A stretch of 51,268 bases of DNA, taken from positions 1-51,268 of IMG/VR virus record IMGVR_UViG_3300022751_000238; one strand, written 5' to 3'. Made by a program: the position numbers and the translations under genes. The notes below the pieces were generated by a model. That model saw nothing but the letters and a program-made list of their open reading frames with translations. It was not told the origin of the DNA and ran no database searches. Of this stretch, positions 38,097 to 46,727 are shown piece by piece. Position 1 is the stretch's first letter, and every line of letters begins with the position of its first letter. The stretch comes from a virus. Its lineage: Duplodnaviria > Caudoviricetes.

Positions 38097-38648
38097 ATGT
38101 TAGGTGCCCTCGAAAAAATTGGCGAACCGTGCCAGTCTCCCTTCAATGCCGGATTTCTCACGCATCTGTACGCGATACAGACGCAGAATCTTGTTTATGT
38201 CCATTCCCCTGGTGCTGATTCCGTTTCGCAGCCATTAAGCGCGATCGGAATTCAGCCGGGTTCAATCATCACAGAATTTCTGATCCGCACAAAAACCGCG
38301 ACGTTTTCTGAAACCATGGCCGAAAGTGCCGATGGCATCGCCTTTCAGACCTCGCTCGCTTTTCCGATGAAAGGAACGGCTGTGGAGCTAACGAACTGGA
38401 TTCACAAAAACCGCAGACGCCGTTACATCCTTTTGATGCGTGATACGCTTGGAAACTGCTACATGATGGGAAGCTATGACAACGGCGCACGTGTAAGCTG
38501 GAACCGTCAGGTCACTTCGCAAAGCCTGCATCAGCTTGCCTTCAATCTTGTCAATTGGCACCCGATACAGTTTTTACCCTCCATTGACCTGGAAAAGATA
38601 TTCCCACACCGGGAATTTGATTACAGCTTTGATTTATCCTTCTCATAA
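38097..38648 (+). CDS. virion protein (head-closure or tail-tube-like fold)
   Basis: beta-rich, 'RD..GN.Y..GS'; C-terminal FDYSFDLSF motif; precedes the tail fibre. Confidence 0.5.
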   Translation: MLGALEKIGEPCQSPFNAGFLTHLYAIQTQNLVYVHSPGADSVSQPLSAIGIQPGSIITEFLIRTKTATFSETMAESADGIAFQTSLAFPMKGTAVELTNWIHKNRRRRYILLMRDTLGNCYMMGSYDNGARVSWNRQVTSQSLHQLAFNLVNWHPIQFLPSIDLEKIFPHREFDYSFDLSFS

Positions 38649-38671
38649 CATTTCTAATTTACTCAAACTTC

Positions 38672-41600
38672 ATGGCCTGGAATTACGACGACGAAGAAAT
38701 CTACGGAATAATTGACGCAAATCTCAAAGATTCACCTCCCAACCCACCAGCGGTAAATACCGCTCCAACTGTCCGAGCACTTTTGAAATCCTACTGGTCT
38801 GCAATACGTGGACAGGTTTCCGGTGCGCTAGGTTCTACTGATTTATTATTAGAAGATGTGCAAACAAAAATTGACACTGCGTTTGCAAAAAGCGAATTGA
38901 TTTATGAACAGTTTTCATTAGCAAGTGGAATTGGTACTTATAATGCGACAACGGGAATTGCTACGATAACAGAAACTGGTGCAACTTTCACGCCATCTGT
39001 TGTTGCAAATCAAGTGAATGGTAGGTATTTCGACATTGTTGTTGCCGGAACAAAGTCAGTTACCGGAACACCCGTTGCTATGGAAATCGGCGGTGTTCTA
39101 ATCAGTCGGGGTACTAAATGGGATTACATTCCGAAGGGTACACTTCTTATTGATCCTAGAAAAAGTCCAAATTTAATTCTATCAGCTAACAGCACGCCGG
39201 AAAACTGGCTACTTGTTGGATCATCCACAGATACACAGCCTTTAATTGTAGTTCAAACACAGCCCGCTGTAATCACACTTCAAAAGGGTGTAAAGGGTCT
39301 CGGCTTTATGTATAAGGCGGTTATGCAGCCAAATTCAAGAGTGAATTATTTTTCTAACAAAATAAGTCTGGACGCTCTTCCAGTTGGGGAAAAAGTTCAT
39401 CTAGGGTATTTTAGATACCTTTCAGCAGGAACGGTTTTGAGTGCAAGTACTGTGCATAAACTGTGGCCTTTACCTGAGAATATTGACGCAAATATTACAA
39501 TGGAAACCATTGATTTGGGTGGTGGTCTTCAATATGTGCGCTCTGTTAGTCCAATAACGGTTCCGTCTTATACATCACGGTGCGAAATTAGAATCTATTT
39601 CTATGCGGCACCTGGAAGCGTTGTTGATGGTGAAATGTGGTTTGGCTCCCCGTCCCTGATTAAAACGTCAATCGCACTGGCTCCTTTGATGTACGTTGGT
39701 GGAGAAGATTTATCAAGCGTGCCAAGCCCAATGACAAGTCAAAATCTTGTTTCGTTTGCTAATTTTAGCCCAGATCAATGGATTTTAAATACAAGTGCGT
39801 CCAGTATTGGAGATAAACCCATACTATACAGGCAATCCGGGACAGTATCTTTAATTTCTTCGGTTAAAAAATTTAAACAATTCTCATTTGCGGTAAAGGT
39901 TGCGGGCATTCAATTAAATTCCAGAGTTAATTTTGTTTCTCAGATAATTAAAACAAATGAAACGATCGCGCCAGGCACAATGGTTTCATTTGGATTTTTC
40001 CTGAACGTAGATACAGGCGTTGATATATCACAAGTGGTTTGCCAAATTGTGGATGCAACAAATTTATCTGTGGGACTTATAGCCATCACAACAGAGTTCG
40101 TTAATTTAGGTAACGGTCTGCGTTATTATCGAAGTACTATTCCTGTTTCAATGCCTTCGTATGCAAGTAATCAAGCGGCGGTAGTTGCTTACATTTATAC
40201 GGGTGCTGCATCTGTTACGGGTGATATTTACTTGGCATCTCCATCGCTGGTAAAGAGCCCTCAAAAATTACAGCCTCAAAATTACTTGGGAATGGAAGAT
40301 GCCCAGTCGGATACGAGTGGGTTGCAATCCCAAATAACGGCCAATGCTTCTGATATTACCCAGGCAAATAGTAATTTATCATTAGCAAATACAAGACTAA
40401 GAAATAATTCTATTTCAGACGCTGGATTTTTAACTCAGTCAATCGGCGCTCAGTCTCTTACCTTTCCCTGGGGGTTAGGAGGGCTTGGCTCAAACTATCA
40501 AGCTCCTTTTGTTTTTGAGTTAACGCCTGATGGGCCAGCCGGCACAAGGTGTTTAAAGCAAACGCACTCAAAAAGATCGTCCGATGGTTTGCTTTCGATT
40601 TGTACAATCCATCAAACTGTGACCATCCCAGAGGATTGCAAAGGTATGTCTAAGTTCTCTTATGGATTTTGGGCGAAAAGAGATTCGCTTATGGTTAAGC
40701 CGGTTTCTTTTACCCTTACATTTTATCCAAACATAGGAGATACCACAGGATCTACAACGTCCAGCCCGGCACTTCCAGCTATGGGAGTAGCTTTGAATAC
40801 ATGGGTGTACTTGAAATTTGAAAATATAAGCGTTCCGGCTGGTACTTCGCGCATAAATATAAGGTCTGCTTTTATAGCAGATGCAGCATCTGCTGTCGAC
40901 GTAACTTGCAACCTCTGGATGCAAACATTTGAAGTTGCATTTAATTCGTCTGTGGCGAATGCAACCAATCAGAATTTTAAAATTGCACCCATTGATTACT
41001 TCAATCTTAGAGGTTTGAAATTTTGCATTTATGGAAATTCCATTGTTGCAGCTAACGTCACTACCACAAATACCCTTCTTAATGAAGCTCGTGCAATCAG
41101 TGATAGATTTCTGATGACTGTCTATGTGCGAGGAGTTGGAGGTACACGTGTTGTTGATAATAATTCAATTGCTTGGTTCGATGGTACAGGTCTATATTTG
41201 GCACGACCAGACAATGGCGGAACTCAACCGGTGGGATCATTCGAATGGAAGTCGTCTATGAGTAGCTTAGAACGTATAAACAACACTATCCCAGCTGATA
41301 CAGATATTATCCTTATACGGGGTTTAACAAATGATTATCTAAATTATCCTCTTGGAACGATTGATAGCCCGCACGACAATAATACGATCTACGGTGCATA
41401 TCAACTGATGTTAGATAGAATGTACGCACGTATTCCAAATGCTATTTTTATTCTTGCAACTCCGACACATCGAAATGGAGAAGATACTGACGTAGGCGTA
41501 GGGGCAATGGCTGGGCTTAAATTTGAGCAGGTTCGTGATGCGGTCAGAGTGATAGCAAAAAAGTACAAATATCATTTGTGCGACATGTCGGAATCTGGGA

Positions 41601-41716
41601 TCAATCAGCTAAATCATGCAACTTATTTATCTGACGGAATTCACCCTAATAGTGCAGGATACGCAAGAACGGGCGCAGTAATATTCAAGACGTTAAAAAC
41701 ACTGATCCAGTCTTGA
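38672..41716 (+). CDS. tail fibre/spike with tandem carbohydrate-binding-like domains and SGNH hydrolase
   Basis: Duplicated ~190-aa domain (NSRVN.., G.GL.Y.RS..P...PSY, SPSL.K), coiled coil, then YGNSI / G / GLTND / DGIHP SGNH blocks. Confidence 0.78.
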   Translation: MAWNYDDEEIYGIIDANLKDSPPNPPAVNTAPTVRALLKSYWSAIRGQVSGALGSTDLLLEDVQTKIDTAFAKSELIYEQFSLASGIGTYNATTGIATITETGATFTPSVVANQVNGRYFDIVVAGTKSVTGTPVAMEIGGVLISRGTKWDYIPKGTLLIDPRKSPNLILSANSTPENWLLVGSSTDTQPLIVVQTQPAVITLQKGVKGLGFMYKAVMQPNSRVNYFSNKISLDALPVGEKVHLGYFRYLSAGTVLSASTVHKLWPLPENIDANITMETIDLGGGLQYVRSVSPITVPSYTSRCEIRIYFYAAPGSVVDGEMWFGSPSLIKTSIALAPLMYVGGEDLSSVPSPMTSQNLVSFANFSPDQWILNTSASSIGDKPILYRQSGTVSLISSVKKFKQFSFAVKVAGIQLNSRVNFVSQIIKTNETIAPGTMVSFGFFLNVDTGVDISQVVCQIVDATNLSVGLIAITTEFVNLGNGLRYYRSTIPVSMPSYASNQAAVVAYIYTGAASVTGDIYLASPSLVKSPQKLQPQNYLGMEDAQSDTSGLQSQITANASDITQANSNLSLANTRLRNNSISDAGFLTQSIGAQSLTFPWGLGGLGSNYQAPFVFELTPDGPAGTRCLKQTHSKRSSDGLLSICTIHQTVTIPEDCKGMSKFSYGFWAKRDSLMVKPVSFTLTFYPNIGDTTGSTTSSPALPAMGVALNTWVYLKFENISVPAGTSRINIRSAFIADAASAVDVTCNLWMQTFEVAFNSSVANATNQNFKIAPIDYFNLRGLKFCIYGNSIVAANVTTTNTLLNEARAISDRFLMTVYVRGVGGTRVVDNNSIAWFDGTGLYLARPDNGGTQPVGSFEWKSSMSSLERINNTIPADTDIILIRGLTNDYLNYPLGTIDSPHDNNTIYGAYQLMLDRMYARIPNAIFILATPTHRNGEDTDVGVGAMAGLKFEQVRDAVRVIAKKYKYHLCDMSESGINQLNHATYLSDGIHPNSAGYARTGAVIFKTLKTLIQS

Positions 41717-41745
41717 TACTTACCTTAAACATTACCCTGTTATTC

Positions 41746-41780
41746 GTCCTTTAACCACTCCAAATTAAGCTTCTACTTCG
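41746..41780 (+). promoter_or_regulatory. late promoter copy 6 (head operon)
   Basis: GTCCTTT-N21-TACTTCG. Confidence 0.75.
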
Positions 41781-41816
41781 TATCCTCTTAATACCCAAAC
41801 GAACCCGGTACGAACT

Positions 41817-42665
41817 TTGAACGCGGAAACCTTCTCTGGATTATGGTACATGAATAAACCCTTCGCCCGCCGAATGGAAGGAATTATCCTTCCCCGGTTG
41901 GCGCAAGGTTTTGACCCAATCCCCTCCCACTTTAAACACGAAGCCGCAATTTCTCCACTCGATAAGGATGGTGATTACAGCCGGACACGAATTTACTTAA
42001 ATGACTACCTGAAACGTGGTGATGGCGATGTTGCTGTGATCCCGATGGAAGGCACGATGTCCCGAAACGGATTCTGCGGCATGGGTAACGAATTCATGAT
42101 CGATGTGCTGGCAGAAGCAGCTGCTGAAAAAGCAGTCAAAGCCGTCGTGCTGAAAGGGAACACACCTGGTGGCACCGTTGATTCCATCGAGATTTTTGCA
42201 GACGCTATCAAATCATTTCCAAAGCCGATAGTAGGCTATGTCGCTGGAAGCGTTGCCAGTGCCGGCGTATTTGCCATGAGCCAAACGGACGTGACGGTAA
42301 TGGAAAAATCCAGTGCTGCCGCTTATGGAAGTATTGGCGTACTGATGGTGCATATCGATCAAAGCCAGGCTCTGGAAAAAGCAGGGCTTGTTGTTAGGAT
42401 CTTCCGCGCTGGTGAATCGATCGACAAAGCTACTGTAAACGGCATTGAGCCGCTTACCGCGGAACTGGAAGCAGAAATCCAGATGGATCTTGACGAAGCG
42501 ATGACACTTTTTAAAGGTTACGTCAAACGTGGCCGCGCCGGAAAGCTTACTTCCGACGATGTCTTCACAGGTAAAATGTACAACTATAAAGACGCCATCA
42601 ATTACGGTCTGGTGGACCGTACCGGTGGTCTTGGCGATGCAATCCGGATCGCCCGAGCGATGTAA
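41817..42665 (+). CDS. S49 (SppA-like) prohead protease
   Basis: 'TPGGTV', 'KPIV', 'ASAG', 'GSIGV', 'GLVD' motifs. Confidence 0.88.
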   Translation: MNAETFSGLWYMNKPFARRMEGIILPRLAQGFDPIPSHFKHEAAISPLDKDGDYSRTRIYLNDYLKRGDGDVAVIPMEGTMSRNGFCGMGNEFMIDVLAEAAAEKAVKAVVLKGNTPGGTVDSIEIFADAIKSFPKPIVGYVAGSVASAGVFAMSQTDVTVMEKSSAAAYGSIGVLMVHIDQSQALEKAGLVVRIFRAGESIDKATVNGIEPLTAELEAEIQMDLDEAMTLFKGYVKRGRAGKLTSDDVFTGKMYNYKDAINYGLVDRTGGLGDAIRIARAM

Positions 42666-42688
42666 TTAAAGATTTAATATAAATCCAA

Positions 42689-43114
42689 ATGAGCAAAACA
42701 ATGAACCTATCCTCTATTATCGCAGCCATTTTCCCTGGCTCCGATAAAGTAATTTCTGAAAACTTGACTGCCGATCAGCATGCAACTTTCGCCGCAGAAG
42801 TTAGTGCGCTGAATGGGCAGCTTGAAGCGGCTATACAGGCGAACGAAACGATTTCCGCTGATCTTGTCACCAGAACAACTGAGCTGGCAACGGCAACAGC
42901 ATCCATTACAACTTTGGAAGCAAACCTTGCCACAGCAAACGCGTCAGTTTTGTCGGTAACGGCCGAGCGCGATAAATACAAAGCGCATCACGACAAAGTT
43001 TCTTCCAAGGGTGACAAAAATCCGGAAGAAGACGAAAACAGCAGACACAAGAATATGCAAGCTGGCTACAACCAGAATGCTGTTGATGTCTGGAATAAAG
43101 CCAACAGATCTTAA
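42689..43114 (+). CDS. scaffolding protein
   Basis: Coiled-coil protein between protease and capsid genes. Confidence 0.7.
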   Translation: MSKTMNLSSIIAAIFPGSDKVISENLTADQHATFAAEVSALNGQLEAAIQANETISADLVTRTTELATATASITTLEANLATANASVLSVTAERDKYKAHHDKVSSKGDKNPEEDENSRHKNMQAGYNQNAVDVWNKANRS

Positions 43115-43149
43115 TCCTAAAATTTTAACCTTATTTCCCTTCTACAATT

Positions 43150-44115
43150 ATGAAGATTTTCAATTTTGAAGCGTTCGATGCAGATTTGATGCGTACCATC
43201 GATGGTAACGGTCAGATCATTTTGGACTCTGTCGTTTACGGTGCCCAGTCCCTGGGTAACGATTTCCAGGTTCTGGTGACCCGCGATAAAGCGGCTCTTG
43301 TTCAGCTTGATGTTAAAGATGCATGGAAGCCTGCTTCTGACGGATTTGACCCTAAACAGGCACTTGATGTAAGAAGCCGGTTTGCAACGTTCAAAGAAGC
43401 TGATATCGATATGGAGATCACGCTTTCTCAAATCAAAGAAGTTTATCAGTCTTACATTGGGTGGGTTAAAGCTCCTGGTCGTACGCTGATCGAAGTGAGT
43501 GACACTCCTTTCGAAATGTTCTTTTTAAACCACATCCTTAGTACGCACTTTGAAATGCTTCGTTTGAACACGGCATGGAATGGTGTTTACAATGCCGCTG
43601 GATCCGGAGCTGGTTCATTGGTTGATGGTTTCCTTACCATGTTCACAGCTGGCCGCGGCGTTAATGGCGATATCAAAGCAGAACATGTTTTTGATGGCGC
43701 GGTAATCACTGCGCTAAATGCTTACGATCAATTCAATGGTGTAGCGGATCTGGTTAAATCGGTTCGTCCTAAAATGCTTTTGAAGGATCTGGATGTAAAA
43801 TGTAGCCTACAGGCTTACGATAACTACCGCAAAAACCGCCGTACGTTGTTCAAGGAGCATGTAGGACCTGCGGACAGACCAACGGTTCTGGATGACTATT
43901 CGAACATGAAGTTCAAGGTTGATCCAGGCTTGGCTGGTAAAGATACGATCGTGATCACTCCTCCTAAAAACCTTCTTTTTGTGGCTAATGCTGATCCGGG
44001 ACAATACCGCCTTTCTATCGTGAAGGATGTGAAATCTTATAAGATCAGTATCCGCGTTTCGCTTGGCTTTGACTACGCTACGCCTGACGAATTGTTTTTG
44101 AACGATAATATCTAA
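43150..44115 (+). CDS. major capsid protein
   Basis: 321 aa after the scaffold; 'WNG......DGF', 'TP.KNL' HK97-like pattern; followed by a terminator. Confidence 0.8.
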   Translation: MKIFNFEAFDADLMRTIDGNGQIILDSVVYGAQSLGNDFQVLVTRDKAALVQLDVKDAWKPASDGFDPKQALDVRSRFATFKEADIDMEITLSQIKEVYQSYIGWVKAPGRTLIEVSDTPFEMFFLNHILSTHFEMLRLNTAWNGVYNAAGSGAGSLVDGFLTMFTAGRGVNGDIKAEHVFDGAVITALNAYDQFNGVADLVKSVRPKMLLKDLDVKCSLQAYDNYRKNRRTLFKEHVGPADRPTVLDDYSNMKFKVDPGLAGKDTIVITPPKNLLFVANADPGQYRLSIVKDVKSYKISIRVSLGFDYATPDELFLNDNI

Positions 44116-44143
44116 GTCAAACCCTCCCTCTATCTATAAAATA

Positions 44144-44174
44144 GCTCTCCTGCATTTGCGGGAGGGCTTCTTTC
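44144..44174 (+). terminator. terminator after capsid gene
   Basis: gctctcctgc-attt-gcgggagggc followed by ttctttc. Confidence 0.65.
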
Positions 44175-44201
44175 AAAATCTCAAAAACCTTTTTCTATAT
44201 A

Positions 44202-44924
44202 ATGAAAAACCAATTTAAACTCGCGACTGCGGCTACCTCGATCGGAGCGGCTGCGGCTGTAACCCACTTCACCGGGAACGCTATGGCTGGTCTTCTTTCC
44301 GCAGCAGCGACCCAATATGCAATCCAGCAATTGACTGGAATTTCCTTGCATGATCTACAAGATGCAATGCTTTGTTCGCCACTGATCGGCATTAAAAGAG
44401 GTTGTCAAAAACAGACAATTGGTGGTTCAAAGAGACTGTATATTGTTCTTACCGAAGATTTAGAGACGGAATTCCTTACCTATGAATTAGCGAAAACTGT
44501 TGGTGAGTTCTCCGGTGCAATTCCACTGCTTGCTGGTAAAAAATTCATTGAGATCGAGGCGTGGTACGACACTACCAAGTTCGACACAGAGATGAAGATC
44601 GGCGCGGGCTTTAGCCAAGGAGTTGAGTTTAAGATCTTGGGCTACAACAAGGACATCGTCAGATTTACCTCATTGTTATGTGATACACCTGTCAATTTGA
44701 TTGTACAAGGCAATGATGATCAGCTGTATTACATCGGTCAAAAATATATTCCAATCATGCTTGAAATGAAAGGAGTTATGCCTGAGAAAGGTACTGCGCG
44801 CAAAGACGCGACCTTCACTGGTAAACAAGATGGTATGCAGGTGCCGGTATTCCCATTAAGCTCAACAGCTACTTTCGCAGTAGAGCCATTGAGCGGAGCG
44901 GAAGTTCCTGAAGGCGGCGTGTAA
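44202..44924 (+). CDS. major tail tube protein with hydrophobic N-terminal extension
   Basis: 'C...IGG.KRLYI' and 'IVQGND...Y.IG' tube-like motifs from residue ~56; Ala/Gly-rich first 55 aa. Confidence 0.65.
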   Translation: MKNQFKLATAATSIGAAAAVTHFTGNAMAGLLSAAATQYAIQQLTGISLHDLQDAMLCSPLIGIKRGCQKQTIGGSKRLYIVLTEDLETEFLTYELAKTVGEFSGAIPLLAGKKFIEIEAWYDTTKFDTEMKIGAGFSQGVEFKILGYNKDIVRFTSLLCDTPVNLIVQGNDDQLYYIGQKYIPIMLEMKGVMPEKGTARKDATFTGKQDGMQVPVFPLSSTATFAVEPLSGAEVPEGGV

Positions 44925-44984
44925 TGATCTTGGAGGCTTCATCCGGAGCCTACATTTATTTTTTATCTATTTTTCTTTATCACA

Positions 44985-45248
44985 ATGAATACAACAGAAA
45001 CAACAGAAGCACCAAAGACTTACGAACTGGCTCCGAAAGCCGAAGGTCATGAGTTTGTTAACGGCAACACCAAACATCTAAGCAAAATGAATCAGAAAGA
45101 TTTAGAAGTGCTTTTCAAAAATGGTGATGCCCGTGTAAGAGAAAAAAAAGTGACCGTGGCAGCTTCGACTCCTGAGCCTAAAAAGATCGTTGCAAAAGCT
45201 ATTGCTCCGGAAGCTAAACCCGCAGTTGTAGCAGCTCCCAAAGCATAA
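44985..45248 (+). CDS. small protein with Ala/Lys/Pro-rich tail
   Basis: Clean ORF with good start context. Confidence 0.65.
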   Translation: MNTTETTEAPKTYELAPKAEGHEFVNGNTKHLSKMNQKDLEVLFKNGDARVREKKVTVAASTPEPKKIVAKAIAPEAKPAVVAAPKA

Positions 45249-45284
45249 GCAGCCGCCATTCATTCATTTTCAATTTTCATAACA

Positions 45285-45713
45285 ATGAATATAAAACAGT
45301 TAAAAGCGGATTATCAGCTGGCTGAGCTCCGCTTAAACTCAGACAAATCTGAGAAAAACCAAACGATCTTTAAACAGGCAAAAAAGGAGTACGAAAGTGC
45401 TTTGAAGTCTGCTACTAGGGGATTGTTGATATCTGAGCCTGTCATAACGGACAATGACATAGCCAGAGGGAAAAAATTGGTAGATGCTTTGAAAACAGCG
45501 AAACCAGCAACTTTGCCAAAACCAGCGGCTTTGCCAAAAAACGAAAACCCGAAAATTGAACCGGTTTCTGGGGAAAATCAAAAACCTGACACTTCGGCCG
45601 ATACCCAGCAGAATGGCGATGCGTCCGGGCAAAATGAGCAGTTGCCGGCAAATACCGAGACTTCTGGCGATGCGGGATCTGAACCTGAAAAAAAAACGGA
45701 AGTGAATCCGTAA
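45285..45713 (+). CDS. hypothetical protein, 0-frame product of a probable frameshift gene
   Basis: Ends EPEKKTEVNP across an A9 run. Confidence 0.7.
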   Translation: MNIKQLKADYQLAELRLNSDKSEKNQTIFKQAKKEYESALKSATRGLLISEPVITDNDIARGKKLVDALKTAKPATLPKPAALPKNENPKIEPVSGENQKPDTSADTQQNGDASGQNEQLPANTETSGDAGSEPEKKTEVNP

Positions 45714-46162
45714 GCGAAGAATCCAAAGCACATCAAAAAGAGCAGCTTCTTGCGCATGCCAACAGGCTGCACATGGAAGCTGCTCTTTTATCTAATACCC
45801 TGCACGAGTACCGTGATGACGATGTGGAAGGTGTCAGGCCGGTAATTGCCAAAATAGATTCCATCCGTCAGCAATGGAGGGAGGTAATGAAGACAATCCA
45901 ATATTTTGATAAGACCGGCACTTTGCCGGAACCCAAAACCGAGCAATCTATTTTCACGCCCCTGGCTACAAAGGCCGGCGTCGCAGAATTACAGCTCGAA
46001 CTGAACCGGATAAATGTTAATATTTCCAAGCACACCAGAAAGCTGGAACTGACACCTGATCACCGGAAAGCGGAACAATGGCTTGAAGACCTGGCTAAAC
46101 TTGAAGCCCTCAAACTTGAACTCAGACAAAACATTACGACCCTGAACTATGCGTCAACATAA
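45689..46162 (+). CDS. -1-frame extension (helical protein preceding small terminase)
   Basis: Frame is open from 45689, right after a TGA, through the track ORF 45773-46162. Confidence 0.65.
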   Translation, partial: KKNGSESVSEESKAHQKEQLLAHANRLHMEAALLSNTLHEYRDDDVEGVRPVIAKIDSIRQQWREVMKTIQYFDKTGTLPEPKTEQSIFTPLATKAGVAELQLELNRINVNISKHTRKLELTPDHRKAEQWLEDLAKLEALKLELRQNITTLNYAST

Positions 46163-46727
46163 CAAATACCTCGAAAAAGTATATGAGGAAATGGACATTT
46201 ACCGCCAACATGTTTTTGATGGCAAAGAACTCACCATCAAACAGCAGGAGACCTATGGCAAACTGGAAATTATGCGTGGATGGCTTCTGGCAGGTCTTTC
46301 GGATGTAGATTCGATCAAACTGGCCAAAACGGATGAGCGTGTCCAGCTTCAAGATCGAAGAGCCAGGGAATTGCTGGCTATGACTTACGAACTGTTCGCT
46401 GAGCTGCGCCAGCTTCGAAACCGCGACGGCATCAAGTATATGTACTCCGAGCTTTTCAGGAAAGTGGCCGAAAAAGTAATTCAGGACTACGAAACACTCA
46501 GGGACTCCGGAGCTGATCCGAAAGCCGCCGCCGCGTTGATCCGGGAATATCGTGGAATTATAAAGGAAGCTGCTGTCATCGACGGAGCTTACGATACCAG
46601 CAAAATCCCTGATGATGCTAAGAAAAAACCAACCAAAATCGTGATCAAACGAAAAACGGTAATCAATAACGGAATTGTGGAAAAAGACGAATTAACAGAA
46701 CAGGCAAACTATGAAATCGGGAATTGA
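46149..46727 (+). CDS. terminase small subunit (putative)
   Basis: Helical/HTH-like 192-aa protein overlapping the terL start. Confidence 0.65.
   Translation: MRQHNKYLEKVYEEMDIYRQHVFDGKELTIKQQETYGKLEIMRGWLLAGLSDVDSIKLAKTDERVQLQDRRARELLAMTYELFAELRQLRNRDGIKYMYSELFRKVAEKVIQDYETLRDSGADPKAAAALIREYRGIIKEAAVIDGAYDTSKIPDDAKKKPTKIVIKRKTVINNGIVEKDELTEQANYEIGN

Noticed and set aside
27454-41716. Diversity-generating retroelement or invertible tail-fibre cassette
   Set aside because: No reverse transcriptase, invertase or near-identical TR/VR pair seen; the fibre duplication is old and visible only at protein level
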